Positions 18,862-28,283 of a stretch of 64,000 bases of DNA are shown here, in pieces. Within the stretch, counting starts at the first letter, position 1. Each line of letters starts with the position of its first letter. Below the pieces are notes generated by a model, which made no database searches, was not told the DNA's origin, and was given only the letters and a program-made list of their open reading frames with translations. The stretch lies in contig SUZM01000011.1 of the NCBI GenBank assembly GCA_015059965.1, positions 13,640-77,639 of the forward strand, in the 5' to 3' direction. The stretch comes from Rikenellaceae bacterium (lineage in GTDB: Bacteria; Bacteroidota; Bacteroidia; Bacteroidales; Rikenellaceae). Both the position numbers and the translations under genes were made by a program.

Positions 18862-18869
18862 CAAAGGTA
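18862..18869 (-). promoter_or_regulatory. candidate -7 box (TACCTTTG) for the pur operon
   Basis: The plus strand reads CAAAGGTA. It lies ~290 nt upstream of the purE ATG and is the only TAnnTTTG match I found in the spacer. Confidence 0.55.
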
Positions 18870-18966
18870 ACGCAAATTGTCCGAATCACCAAATTTAAGC
18901 ACCAAAAGTATCAACAGAATTTTTAACAATTCCATCCGAGCCGGTCAAATCCGAAACCCGAAATAT

Positions 18967-19006
18967 GAGAGAAGCCGAAGAAGCCGAAACCTTCGCGGCT
19001 TCTCTC
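18967..19006 (-). terminator. terminator hairpin after the lipoprotein gene at 19049
   Basis: GAGAGAAGCCG - loop - CGGCTTCTCTC (11 bp). The minus-strand 3' flank is ATATTTCGGGTTTCGG. Confidence 0.7.
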
Positions 19007-19048
19007 CTTCGGCTCTACTCCGATCTTTGCCTCGACGGCTTTCGGTGC

Positions 19049-19516
19049 CTATCTCTGACCCGTGTAGCGGACCAGCATGGTGTTGCAGTCGAACGCGAGG
19101 CTGAAGCTCCCCGTGGCGGCATCATACAAGCCGCTCAGGTTGGCGATGGGGAAGGCATCGTAGGGGGCTCCCATGAAGTAGGGGATGGTCTCGGCCGCCT
19201 CGAAGCGGATCGACTCTCCCTCGGCCGAATCCTGCAGATCGCGCACCTCGATCGAGAGCCAGGGCATCTGAGCCACGAACTTGATCTCGGGCATCAACAG
19301 GTGGTAGCGGCCATCGGCGGTCGGTTGGAGCTGCATGGCGATCCCCTCCTCGGAGAAGGCTTCGAAGCGGCTTCCCTCATCGGGCAGAGCCTCCAATTTG
19401 CCCGTAAAGCTCAGCGTCTCGGTCGGTGCCGGGGTTACCGGGGTTTCGTTGTTCTCATCATCACTGCAGGCAGCAAAGCCGCTCAGCAGGGCAAAAACGA
19501 TCAAAAGTTTTTTCAT
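19049..19516 (-). CDS. hypothetical lipoprotein downstream of a TonB-dependent receptor
   Basis: 155 aa with lipobox LLSGFAACSDDENN. It sits 88 nt downstream of the receptor gene on the same strand. Confidence 0.6.
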   Translation of the reverse strand: MKKLLIVFALLSGFAACSDDENNETPVTPAPTETLSFTGKLEALPDEGSRFEAFSEEGIAMQLQPTADGRYHLLMPEIKFVAQMPWLSIEVRDLQDSAEGESIRFEAAETIPYFMGAPYDAFPIANLSGLYDAATGSFSLAFDCNTMLVRYTGQR

Positions 19517-19604
19517 AACTTGGAATTAGGGGTTACAATCGGTTAAATGTGAATGAGTTAATCGGTTAAATATTAAGTATTTCAATCGGTTGAATGTAAA
19601 TGGG

Positions 19605-21824
19605 TTAGAAGTTCGCTGTTACGGTGACACCGAAAGTGCGGGGACGTCCCTGTTGCATGAATTCGCGTCCCACGGACTTGAAGTAGAAGAGGTCGTAGCG
19701 CGTATTGGTGAAGTTGCGGCACCAGAGGTCGAGGGTGTAGTTCTCATGCTCGAATCGGAGCGAGAAGTTCCCCAGCAGGTAGAGATCCTGGCTCAGCGTG
19801 TTCTCCTCGTTCCAGGCAATGGGGCCCGCGCCGCGCAGGTCAATCGAGGGGATGATGCGCTCGAGCCATGAGCTGCGAATCGGGAAGGTGTAGGCCGCAC
19901 GCGCCGCAAGGGTGTGCTCTGGGGCGTAGGGGAGGCGATTGCCGCTGTAGTCTGCCTCGCCGCTCAGGTATTCGCGGAAGGTGGCGTGGGTATAGCCATA
20001 GGAGGCCGAGAGGTTCAGCTGCCCGGTGGGGCGTGCCACGAGCGTGAGTTCGCCGCCGAGGCTGTGGGTTCGGCCGGCATTGGTCATCATGCGTCCGGTG
20101 GTCTGGCCCGGCGGGAAGACGGTGAGTTGTTGGTCGTGGCAATCGATGAAGAAGAGGCTGAAATCGACAAGCAGATCCCCCTTCAGCAGGTGGAGGTGGC
20201 CGCCCAACTCATAGTTCCAGCTCCATTCGGGGTCGTAGCCCACCACCTGGTCGATGGCAAACTGGCGGTTGAAGGAGATGCCCATCTTCTTCATCAGCGA
20301 ATTTTGCAATACCTCGCTGAACATCTGTGTGTTGAATCCTCCCGCCTTATACCCTTTCGAGGCCGAGAGGTAGAGGTTCGAGAGGCGATGGCTGCCCATG
20401 CGGTAGAGGACCGAGAGCTTGGGCAGCAGCTCTGTGAAGCGCTTCCGGAGATCTCCGTTCAGGGCGTAGGGCTCGATCGTGGTGGCATTCACGCGGCAGG
20501 GCTTGTGGGTCGAGCTGAGGTAGTCGAGGCGTGCCCACTCCACATCGAAGCGCAGGCCCGCCGTCAGGAGCCAGCGGCCGAGGTTGAGCGACGATTCGTG
20601 GTAGAGCGCAGCACCATAGGTGAGCTGGTCGAAGTCGCTGTCCAGGAGAAACTCCTTGGGGAAATCGACCTCGATACCCTCGGGGATATTCCCCAGGATC
20701 AGGTTGTGGATGCCCTCCTCTTTGAAGAGTACCGGGGCCTGCATGTCGCCCCCTTTCCAAAAGCCAAAGGCCCCCACCAGCCATTGGTAGCGGCTCTTTG
20801 TGGTCGAGCGCACGACCACCTCTTCGCTCAAGGCGTGTTCGCGGCGCAGCTGTTCGAGTGTGAAGTAGCTCTCGGGGCGGAAGTCCTGGTCGAGGGTCAT
20901 CTCATCGTCGAGGAACTGGTAGGAGGTGATGCTCTCCACCATGGCCCGGCCTCCGCTGTAGCGAAGGGTCAGGGCATCGCTCAGGGTGGCGCGCTCATAG
21001 CCGCAGGGGTCGTTGTAGGCGATATCTCCCGTCTCGACCGAACGATAGGGGTAGCCCCCCTGTTCGAGGAAGGAGGCGGCGAAGGTGTTTCCGATAAACC
21101 ACCCCTCGGACTCCCACTCCACCTTGAAGCGGGCTCCGCCTCCAATCTCATGGTCGCACTTTTCGCCCGTGTAGCTGTTCGTAAAGAGGCCGTCCGACCC
21201 CCCGAGGTTGGCGGCAACGCCGATGCCGAGGTTGTGCAGGCGGTTGTAGCTCGACAGTCGCACCTTATAGCTGTTCCCGCTGCCATACTCGGCCAGGAAA
21301 CGTGCCCCCTGAAAGGTCAGCGGTGAGAGGGTGCGGATGTTGATCACACCCCCCATGGTGTTGCGCCCGTAGAGGGTGCTCTGTGGTCCGCGCAGCACCT
21401 CTAAGCGTTCAATGTCGGCCACGTCGAGGTCGTAGCCGTCCTTGTTGAGCATCGGTACGTTATCGACGTTGAGCCCCACGACCGGCTGGTCGATGCGGGC
21501 CCCTAAGCCGCGCACATAGATCGACGAGGTCATGCGCGACCCATAGTCCGGGGCATAGAGGTTGGGGACTAAACAAGAGACCTCCTTGGGGGCCGAGAGC
21601 TGTAGGCGCTCAACCTCCGACTGGAGGAGCTGCGTGGCTGCGATGGGGCTTTGTCTCAGGGGTGCGCGCTGCTTGATCGAGGGGGCTTGCACCACCACCT
21701 CCTCCATGCGGATGGTGGTGTCGGCCTCCAACGGCAACTCCGTACCGCGTCCTCGGGCCGAGGCCCCGAACGCGACAAAAAGCAGCATAGGAATCAGCAG
21801 TTTATGAATTTTACAGCCTTTCAC
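19605..21824 (-). CDS. TonB-dependent receptor (no SusD partner)
   Basis: The ORF is 19605..21860 (TTG). GTG at 21824 gives (M)KGCKIHKLLIPMLLFVAFGASA; ATG at 21788 is an alternative start. It has a plug (EEVVVQA...VEVLRGPQSTLYGRN) and a C-terminal barrel ending ...RTFGVTVTANF. Confidence 0.88.
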   Translation of the reverse strand: MKGCKIHKLLIPMLLFVAFGASARGRGTELPLEADTTIRMEEVVVQAPSIKQRAPLRQSPIAATQLLQSEVERLQLSAPKEVSCLVPNLYAPDYGSRMTSSIYVRGLGARIDQPVVGLNVDNVPMLNKDGYDLDVADIERLEVLRGPQSTLYGRNTMGGVINIRTLSPLTFQGARFLAEYGSGNSYKVRLSSYNRLHNLGIGVAANLGGSDGLFTNSYTGEKCDHEIGGGARFKVEWESEGWFIGNTFAASFLEQGGYPYRSVETGDIAYNDPCGYERATLSDALTLRYSGGRAMVESITSYQFLDDEMTLDQDFRPESYFTLEQLRREHALSEEVVVRSTTKSRYQWLVGAFGFWKGGDMQAPVLFKEEGIHNLILGNIPEGIEVDFPKEFLLDSDFDQLTYGAALYHESSLNLGRWLLTAGLRFDVEWARLDYLSSTHKPCRVNATTIEPYALNGDLRKRFTELLPKLSVLYRMGSHRLSNLYLSASKGYKAGGFNTQMFSEVLQNSLMKKMGISFNRQFAIDQVVGYDPEWSWNYELGGHLHLLKGDLLVDFSLFFIDCHDQQLTVFPPGQTTGRMMTNAGRTHSLGGELTLVARPTGQLNLSASYGYTHATFREYLSGEADYSGNRLPYAPEHTLAARAAYTFPIRSSWLERIIPSIDLRGAGPIAWNEENTLSQDLYLLGNFSLRFEHENYTLDLWCRNFTNTRYDLFYFKSVGREFMQQGRPRTFGVTVTANF

Positions 21825-21886
21825 GGCTGCAAAGGAACACAAAAAAGACGAAACGTGCAATCCTTATTTGTGAGGAGGAGGGAATA

Positions 21887-22023
21887 AATGAGCAATGAGC
21901 AGTGAGCAATGAGCAGTGAGCAATGAGCAATGAGCAATGAAGCTTGCGCCCCGAAATATTTAATTGGTAATATTTCCAACAACAAGGAAATTATTTCTCA
22001 TTTCTCATTTCTCATTTCTCATT
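21887..22023. repeat. composite repeat copy A: (AATGAGC/AGTGAGC)x7.5 - core - (TCTCATT)x4
   Basis: Left array 21887-21940. Core AGCTTGCGCCCCGAAATATTTAATTGGTAATATTTCCAACAACAAGGAAATTATT. Right array 21996-22023, which contains the stop codon of the LuxR-family gene. Confidence 0.85.
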
Positions 22024-22600
22024 CCTCGTTGATATACCCGTTCATCATGGCGTAGATCGTCAGGGCCGAGGTGGTGCGGATGCCGAGTTTGCGCATCAGG
22101 TTGCGGCGGTGGGAGATTACTGTGGTGATGCCGATACCCATGCGGTCGGCAATCTCCTTGTTGATCAGCCCCCGGGTGATCAGGCGCAGCACCTCCGTCT
22201 CGCGTGGGGTGAGCCGCTTTTCGGGGCGTGGGCGCGGGGCTCCGCCTCCCTCGGCGGGGTGCCCGTGGTGGCGGATGCGCATCAGATCGCGCACGATCGC
22301 CGTCTCGCTCTGTGCGATGTTGAGCGAGTGCCCCTCTGTCTCCTCCCCCTGTGTGAGGCAGATTGTGCGGTGGCGCTTCTCGCGGAGGAGTTCGCTGTGC
22401 TGCTCGACCAGTTCCCGGTCGATGAAGTAGTGGAAAATGTGTTCGTGGCGCTCCTCCTCCAGCAGTTCGTCGAGAGCGCTGAAGTGGATCACCTCCACCC
22501 CGGGCTGGATCCGCTCGAGCAGCGCCTTGAGCCCTAAGCCCACCAGGGCATTCCGGCTCAGGATCGCAAAGCGGGGAGTGGCTATCTTGGGGTTATTCAT
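22019..22600 (-). CDS. LuxR-family regulator with degenerate receiver-like N-terminal domain
   Basis: 193 aa with a C-terminal LuxR HTH (LTPRETEVLRLITRGLINKEIADRMGIGITTVISHRRNLMRKLG). The N-terminal part resembles a receiver, but the acidic DD pocket reads S-R-N. Confidence 0.8.
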   Translation of the reverse strand: MNNPKIATPRFAILSRNALVGLGLKALLERIQPGVEVIHFSALDELLEEERHEHIFHYFIDRELVEQHSELLREKRHRTICLTQGEETEGHSLNIAQSETAIVRDLMRIRHHGHPAEGGGAPRPRPEKRLTPRETEVLRLITRGLINKEIADRMGIGITTVISHRRNLMRKLGIRTTSALTIYAMMNGYINEE

Positions 22601-23066
22601 GGTGGTAGGGTTCGTTGTTCAGGATCGTAAAGGCGCGGTAGATCTGCTCGGCAAAGAGGGCCCGCACAATCTGGTGCGAAAAGGTCATGCGCGAGAGCGA
22701 GAGCTTGCCGTTGGCCCGGGCATAGACCTCCTCCGAGAAACCGTAGGGGCCGCCGATCAGGAGCACCAGGCGGCGCATGCCGCTGTTCATCCGCTTCTGC
22801 AACCAGTAGGCGAACTCCACCGAGCGCATCTCCTCGCCTCGCTCATCGAGCAGAACGACGTAGTCTCCTTCGTCCAACTGCTTCAGGATTGCCTCTCCTT
22901 CGAGCGTTCGCTGTTGTTTGATGCTCAACGATTTGGTATTTTTAACATCCGGCAGGGTGGTTACCGCCATTCGGCAGTAGTGATTCACTCGTTTGAGATA
23001 CATCTCTACGAGTGCTCCTACCTCCTTCGAGTCGGTCTTCCCTATGACGATCAGCTCTATGTTCAC
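22593..23066 (-). CDS. rlmH: 23S rRNA (pseudouridine1915-N3)-methyltransferase
   Basis: 157 aa SPOUT protein (LLIGGPYGFSEEV...LSLSRMTFSHQIVRALFAEQIYRAF). It overlaps the regulator gene by 8 nt. Confidence 0.9.
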   Translation of the reverse strand: MNIELIVIGKTDSKEVGALVEMYLKRVNHYCRMAVTTLPDVKNTKSLSIKQQRTLEGEAILKQLDEGDYVVLLDERGEEMRSVEFAYWLQKRMNSGMRRLVLLIGGPYGFSEEVYARANGKLSLSRMTFSHQIVRALFAEQIYRAFTILNNEPYHHE

Positions 23067-23153
23067 TTTTTTCTATCCGTTTTTATTCTGGGGGCAATCA
23101 GGCTTTTCCCCACTCCGAGTAACCTCCTCAAAAGGGGATAATCGAGCGTTCGG

Positions 23154-24470
23154 TTAATCGCTATTCCACTCTCCTTGGGCGTCTTCGTAGAAAACGGGGC
23201 GATTCTTCTCCATCGACTTGATCCACTGGTAGGCTTTGTAGAGGGCGTAGCCGTTTCCCGAGGGGTTGGCCAGGCGGAAGGCGATCACCGAGGTGTGGTT
23301 GCGCGAGCGGTAGTACATGCGCTTCACGCGCCGGGTGAACTCCTCGGCCAGTGTCGGGTCGTTGGCCGGAGTGCCTCCCACGGTGCGGTCTTCGCGCTTG
23401 TCGGGGGCGGAGATGGCGGCACAATCTATCACATAGAGTCCCAGATGGTCGGCCAGCTCGTAGTACCAATGGGGTTGCGGAGCCGTGGGACATAGCGTGT
23501 TAAACCCCGCCTTGCGCAGGCGGAGCATCTCCTGCTCGGTTGTTTTGCGGTCGGCGAGGGCGTTGCAGGGGGTGCTCTTCAGCGTGTAGGGCTCCCCGAA
23601 GCGATACCAGGTGCCATCGCGGTAGAGCATGTCGCTGAAGCCAATCTCCAGGGGCATGTACTCCCACATCTTGCCATCGCGCTTCGTGAAGAGCATCACC
23701 CGGTAGAGTGGGGCCTTGCCATCGCCCCATTTCTGTTCGTTGGTGTGGTAGATGAAGGGGTGCAGGTGTACGGTATCTTGCGAGCGACCGGCGATCTGGA
23801 TCGGGTGGTCGGTATAGTCCATCAGCTTGCCCGTGGGGGAGTAGATGTCGTAGGCCACATTCACCTCCTCTTCGTAATTGAAGGCGTTGCGGGCCACGAT
23901 GTCGAGCTCTAAGACACCGAAGCGGCGCAAGGAGTCGGGCACCAGGCGGATCGTGAAATCGGCAATCGATCGTCTCTGCTGTGCGAAGAGGTAGGAGCCC
24001 GTGAGGCACTCTGCGGGCGACTTGAGTCCCTGCTGCGTATGGTTGAGCTCACCTCCGCGCAGCCCGATGCGGAAGTGGTTCTTCCCTTGTCGGATGAAGG
24101 GGGTGAGATCGTACTCCGCAGGCGAGATGCCGTCCTCGTTGCGGACCACCTCCGAGCCGTTCACCTCGAGTGTGTAGGCCTGTCCCACCGCCTCGAGGTG
24201 GATCATCACCAGACCGTCGGTCCAGACAAAGGGGATCTCGGTCTGCTGCCCCATCCAGATCGCCTCCTCTGACAGCGTTTCGAGCTCGGGGGCAAAGCGG
24301 ATGTATTGCGAACTGCGCGTGTAGTCGCCCCCCACCGTGGCATCGTGGCGGTTCTGGTAAGGGAGCACCTCACTGCGAAAAACCTCATGCTCCTGGGCCG
24401 AAATTCGCCCTCCAATCCCCGCAAAGAGGAGGATTAGGAGCATTTGTTGCATCAATCGAAACCTTCTCAT
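23154..24470 (-). CDS. secreted glycoside-hydrolase-family-2-like protein, C-terminally short and lacking catalytic Glu residues
   Basis: 438 aa with a signal peptide. It has a GH2 sugar-binding domain, an Ig-like domain and the start of the TIM barrel, and ends ...NHTSVIAFRLANPSGNGYALYKAYQWIKSMEKNRPVFYEDAQGEWNSD. The start may be M7 (24452), because a -7 box lies only 5 nt before the 24470 ATG. Confidence 0.7.
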   Translation of the reverse strand: MRRFRLMQQMLLILLFAGIGGRISAQEHEVFRSEVLPYQNRHDATVGGDYTRSSQYIRFAPELETLSEEAIWMGQQTEIPFVWTDGLVMIHLEAVGQAYTLEVNGSEVVRNEDGISPAEYDLTPFIRQGKNHFRIGLRGGELNHTQQGLKSPAECLTGSYLFAQQRRSIADFTIRLVPDSLRRFGVLELDIVARNAFNYEEEVNVAYDIYSPTGKLMDYTDHPIQIAGRSQDTVHLHPFIYHTNEQKWGDGKAPLYRVMLFTKRDGKMWEYMPLEIGFSDMLYRDGTWYRFGEPYTLKSTPCNALADRKTTEQEMLRLRKAGFNTLCPTAPQPHWYYELADHLGLYVIDCAAISAPDKREDRTVGGTPANDPTLAEEFTRRVKRMYYRSRNHTSVIAFRLANPSGNGYALYKAYQWIKSMEKNRPVFYEDAQGEWNSD

Positions 24471-24515
24471 AGGGGCAAAGGTACTTTTTTATTTGAAATA
24501 TCGCAAATAAATATG

Positions 24516-24523
24516 TACCTTTG
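24516..24523 (+). promoter_or_regulatory. -7 box TACCTTTG for asnS (a divergent partner CAAAGGTA at 24476-24483 serves the GH2-like gene)
   Basis: Exact TAnnTTTG matches 36 nt before the asnS ATG and 5 nt before the 24470 ATG. Confidence 0.65.
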
Positions 24524-24559
24524 TAGGCTAAAATAGAGGAAAACAAAAACCTAACGATA

Positions 24560-25948
24560 ATGAAAAAGTTACGCATTGTAGAGTTGCTCGCCTCGAAGGA
24601 GGTCGATTGCGACGTAGTGGTCAAGGGCTGGGTTCGCACCAAGCGTGGGAACAAAAATGTAGCTTTCATCGCCCTGAACGATGGATCGTGTGTGCAGAAT
24701 ATTCAGGTGGTGGTCGATCTGCAGAAGATCGATGCCGAGGAGTTGAAACCCATCACCACGGGTGCCTGCATCCGTGTGGATGGTAAGCTGGTGGCCTCGC
24801 AGGGCGCCGGCCAGGGTGTCGAGGTGCAGGCCGAGAAGATCGAGATCTACGGCACGGCCGACCCCGAGAGCTACCCCCTGCAGAAGAAGGGCCACTCGCT
24901 GGAGTTCCTGCGTGAGATCGCCTACCTGCGCCCCCGTACCAATACTTTTGGTGCCGTGCTGCGCATCCGCCACGCCATGGCCTACGCCATCCATGAGTAC
25001 TTCCATACCCATGGCTTCTACTACTTCCACACCCCCATCATCACGGGTTCGGACTGCGAGGGTGCCGGTGCCATGTTCACCGTTACGACGATGGACCTGA
25101 ACAATGTACCCAAGAATGAGGAGGGCCAGGTGGATTATACGCAGGATTTCTTTGGCAAGCCCTGCAACCTTACCGTCTCGGGACAGCTCGAGGGTGAGCT
25201 CGGCGCCTTGTCGTTGGGTCGCATCTACACCTTCGGACCCACCTTCCGTGCCGAGAACTCAAACACGGTGCGCCACGCTTCGGAGTTCTGGATGATTGAG
25301 CCCGAGGCCGCCTTCTACGAGTTGGAGGACAATATGGACCTCGCGGAGGATTTCATCAAATACCTGGTGCGCTATGCCCTGAAGAACTGCCGCGAGGATC
25401 TCGAGTTCATGAATAAGATGTGGGATCCCGAGCTCCTGGAGCGCCTGAACTTTGTGGTCGAGAATGACTTTGTGCGCCTGGACTATACCGAGGGTATCGA
25501 GATCCTGAAGGCTTCGGGTCGTAAGTTCGAGTTCCCCTGCGAGTGGGGTGACGACCTGCAGTCCGAGCATGAGCGCTACCTGGTGGAGGAGCACTTCAAG
25601 CGCCCGGTGATCCTCATCAACTACCCCAAGCAGATCAAGGCCTTCTACATGAAGCAGAACGAGGATGGCCGCACGGTACGCGCCATGGATGTTTTGTTCC
25701 CCAAAATCGGCGAGATTATCGGCGGTTCGGAGCGTGAGAACGATTATGGCAAGCTTCGTGCACGCGTCCAGGAGTTGGGCATGAACGAGAAGGATGTGTG
25801 GTGGTACCTCGACACGCGCCGTTGGGGATCGGCTCCCCACTCGGGCTTTGGTCTGGGCTTCGACCGTCTGCTGATGTTCGTCACGGGTCTGAACAATATT
25901 CGTGATGTGCAGCCTTTCCCGAGAACGCCTAAGAATGCCGAATTTTAA
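24560..25948 (+). CDS. asnS: asparagine--tRNA ligase
   Basis: 462 aa with an OB-fold N-terminus, class II motifs and the AsnRS-type C-terminus [10 protein letters not shown]. Confidence 0.93.
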   Translation: MKKLRIVELLASKEVDCDVVVKGWVRTKRGNKNVAFIALNDGSCVQNIQVVVDLQKIDAEELKPITTGACIRVDGKLVASQGAGQGVEVQAEKIEIYGTADPESYPLQKKGHSLEFLREIAYLRPRTNTFGAVLRIRHAMAYAIHEYFHTHGFYYFHTPIITGSDCEGAGAMFTVTTMDLNNVPKNEEGQVDYTQDFFGKPCNLTVSGQLEGELGALSLGRIYTFGPTFRAENSNTVRHASEFWMIEPEAAFYELEDNMDLAEDFIKYLVRYALKNCREDLEFMNKMWDPELLERLNFVVENDFVRLDYTEGIEILKASGRKFEFPCEWGDDLQSEHERYLVEEHFKRPVILINYPKQIKAFYMKQNEDGRTVRAMDVLFPKIGEIIGGSERENDYGKLRARVQELGMNEKDVWWYLDTRRWGSAPHSGFGLGFDRLLMFVTGLNNIRDVQPFPRTPKNAEF

Positions 25949-25978
25949 TAAAAAACACACTAGACCAAAATAGAGACC

Positions 25979-26016
25979 GCCTCCCAAATAATAAAACCGG
26001 TTTGGGAGGCGTTTTT
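25979..26016 (+). terminator. intrinsic terminator after asnS
   Basis: GCCTCCCAAA - loop - TTTGGGAGGC followed by GTTTTT. Confidence 0.9.
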
Positions 26017-26070
26017 GCTAATAAGGAAGAGGCCGATTTGTTCTATCACTTTAAGCAGATTGGCAAGGAT

Positions 26071-27489
26071 ATGGCAATAAACCAACGACAGATCTTGTCG
26101 CTTCAGCAGAAGCTCTCTCCGCAACAGATCCAGATGATCAAGTTGCTGGAGCTCCCCACCATGCAGCTCGAGCAGCGCATCAAGCAGGAGATTGAGGAGA
26201 ATATTGTGCTGGAGGAGGATCGGCAGACCGAGCCGGATGAGGAGCCGCAGCAGATTTCGGTTGAGGAGTACCTCAAGGAGGATGACACTCCGGCCTATAA
26301 GAGTCGGGTGAACAACTTCTCGAAGGATGATAAGCAGCGTCCGATCTACCTTTCGGGGGGGCGTTCGTTGCAGGAGTACCTGGTCGAGCAGCTGGGCTAT
26401 CGCAACCTTTCGGAGCGGCAGATGCGGTTGGCGATCTACCTGGTGGGGTCGATTGATGAGGATGGTTACCTGAGGCGTGAACTCCTCTCGGTGGCCGATG
26501 ATATCGCCTTCACGCTTGGTATCGAGACTTCGGAGCAGGAGTTGGAGCAGCTCCTGGGGGTGATCCACGAATTGGAGCCGGCGGGCATCGGAGCCCGCAA
26601 CCTGCAGGAGTGTCTGCTCCTGCAGATGGGTCAGAAGCGCCTCACGACGCGTGCGTTGCGCTTGGCGCATCGTATTCTTGCGCAACATTTCGAGGAGTTT
26701 GCCAAGAAGCATTACGAGAAGCTGATGCAGCGCCTCCAGATCTCGGAGGAGGATTTCCGCGAGGCCTTGCAGGAGATTCGGCACCTCTCGCCCAAACCCG
26801 GCAACCTCTATGCCGAGGGGGGCAGTGAGGCTGCGCCCTACATCATTCCCGACTTTGTGCTCGACTACCACGATGGGCGTTTCGATCTCTCGCTCAACTC
26901 CACGGGGGTGCCCGAGGTGAAGATCAATCGCCGTTATGTGGAGATGATGCGCGAGATGGTGCAACCCGATGGCACGGTGAAGAGTGAGAATCGCGAGGCG
27001 GTGCAGTTTGTGAAGTCGAAGATCGACTCGGCCAAGTGGTTCATCTCGGCCATCCGTCAGCGCCACGATACGCTGATGCGCACCATGCAGGAGATTTTGG
27101 ACTACCAGCAGGAGTATTTCCGTGATGGCGACAAGTCGAAACTGCGGCCCATGATCCTGAAGGATATTGCCGATCGTACCGGGCTCGATGTCTCTACCAT
27201 TTCGCGAGTCGTAAACAGCAAATACGTTCAGACGCACTTCGGCATTATCTTGCTGAAATCGCTCTTCTCGGAGGCGATGCTCACCGACTCGGGCGAAGAG
27301 GTCTCGAGCTATGAGATCAAGACCCTGCTGCAGCAGTTTATCGACAATGAGCAGAAGCGCCATCCGCTGACGGATGAGACCCTGATGGTAATGCTCAACG
27401 ATAAGGGCTATCGTATTGCCCGCCGCACGGTGGCCAAGTATAGGGAGATGCTCGGAATCCCGGTGGCTCGTCTTCGCAAGCAGATATAG
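26071..27489 (+). CDS. rpoN: RNA polymerase sigma-54 factor
   Basis: The ORF is 26002..27489. The ATG at aa 24 gives MAINQRQILSLQQKLSPQQIQMIKLLELP (region I). The C-terminus has an RpoN box-like ARRTVAKYRE. Confidence 0.92.
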   Translation: MAINQRQILSLQQKLSPQQIQMIKLLELPTMQLEQRIKQEIEENIVLEEDRQTEPDEEPQQISVEEYLKEDDTPAYKSRVNNFSKDDKQRPIYLSGGRSLQEYLVEQLGYRNLSERQMRLAIYLVGSIDEDGYLRRELLSVADDIAFTLGIETSEQELEQLLGVIHELEPAGIGARNLQECLLLQMGQKRLTTRALRLAHRILAQHFEEFAKKHYEKLMQRLQISEEDFREALQEIRHLSPKPGNLYAEGGSEAAPYIIPDFVLDYHDGRFDLSLNSTGVPEVKINRRYVEMMREMVQPDGTVKSENREAVQFVKSKIDSAKWFISAIRQRHDTLMRTMQEILDYQQEYFRDGDKSKLRPMILKDIADRTGLDVSTISRVVNSKYVQTHFGIILLKSLFSEAMLTDSGEEVSSYEIKTLLQQFIDNEQKRHPLTDETLMVMLNDKGYRIARRTVAKYREMLGIPVARLRKQI

Positions 27490-27539
27490 TCCGCTCCCCG
27501 TCCGAATGAGGAGCAAAACGGATCAAATCGTATAGATCA

Positions 27540-28175
27540 ATGGAGCAACAACACATCGAATATGCCGGCCCGAAGGGCGGCTGGGCGCGTCTGGCACATC
27601 TGCTCTCAACGCTCCTTCACCCCTTTTTTGTGCCGCTCTATGCCCTTTTGGTGTTGCTCTCGGGCAGCCTGCTTTTGACCTCCACGAAACTCTATCTGGT
27701 GGGGGTTATCCTTCTCTACACGTTCGCCCTGCCGACCTTTATGTTGCTTCTTCTTCGCCATCTGGGTCACCTCTCCGGCTATCGTATTGACAATCGCCGC
27801 GAGCGCATCCTGCCCCTGATGCTGGGCACGCTCTCCTACCTGCTCTGTGCCCTTACACTCCTGAAGCTCCCGGTGGCCATGCTACTCCACAAGATGATGT
27901 TCGGGGCCGCTTTGTGCCAACTCTTCTGCCTGCTGGTTACCCTGCGGTGGAAGATCAGCCTTCACCTCACGGCCCAGGGAGGACTGGTCGCCTTCTTCTC
28001 CATCCTGACCATCGCGGGAAACGGCCGCATGCTTCTGCCGCTGCTCTTCTCGGTCCTTTGTAGCGGTCTTCTCTCCTCGGCCCGTCTCTACTTGGGCTGC
28101 CACAACGGTTGGCAAGTCCTCGCCGGCTTTATGAGTGGCTTTCTTATCATGTTCCTTACGGTTTTGCTGCTATAA
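27540..28175 (+). CDS. PAP2-superfamily-like integral membrane protein (degenerate motifs)
   Basis: 211 aa with about 6 TM segments. The C3-like motif SARLYLGCHNGWQVLAG resembles SRxxxxxHxxxD, but the Asp is Gln. Confidence 0.5.
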   Translation: MEQQHIEYAGPKGGWARLAHLLSTLLHPFFVPLYALLVLLSGSLLLTSTKLYLVGVILLYTFALPTFMLLLLRHLGHLSGYRIDNRRERILPLMLGTLSYLLCALTLLKLPVAMLLHKMMFGAALCQLFCLLVTLRWKISLHLTAQGGLVAFFSILTIAGNGRMLLPLLFSVLCSGLLSSARLYLGCHNGWQVLAGFMSGFLIMFLTVLLL

Positions 28176-28184
28176 GAAATAAGT

Positions 28185-28223
28185 AAAGAGTGTGCCCGAT
28201 AAGGATTCAAGGACACACTCTTT
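28185..28223. terminator. bidirectional terminator hairpin between convergent genes
   Basis: AAAGAGTGTG - 19-nt loop - CACACTCTTT. Confidence 0.75.
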
Positions 28224-28283
28224 GACCTCTTTGTGTTATTTTGGGTTCCGTATTTGGCTGTCAGCCAAATGGTTGCCCGTTGC

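Noticed and set aside
21887-22023. Tandem short repeats (here and at 48878, 60522, 32216, 53461) considered as a possible CRISPR array.
   Set aside because: The units are only 7 nt and directly abutting, with no unique spacers. There are no 24-48-nt repeats and no cas genes in the window.
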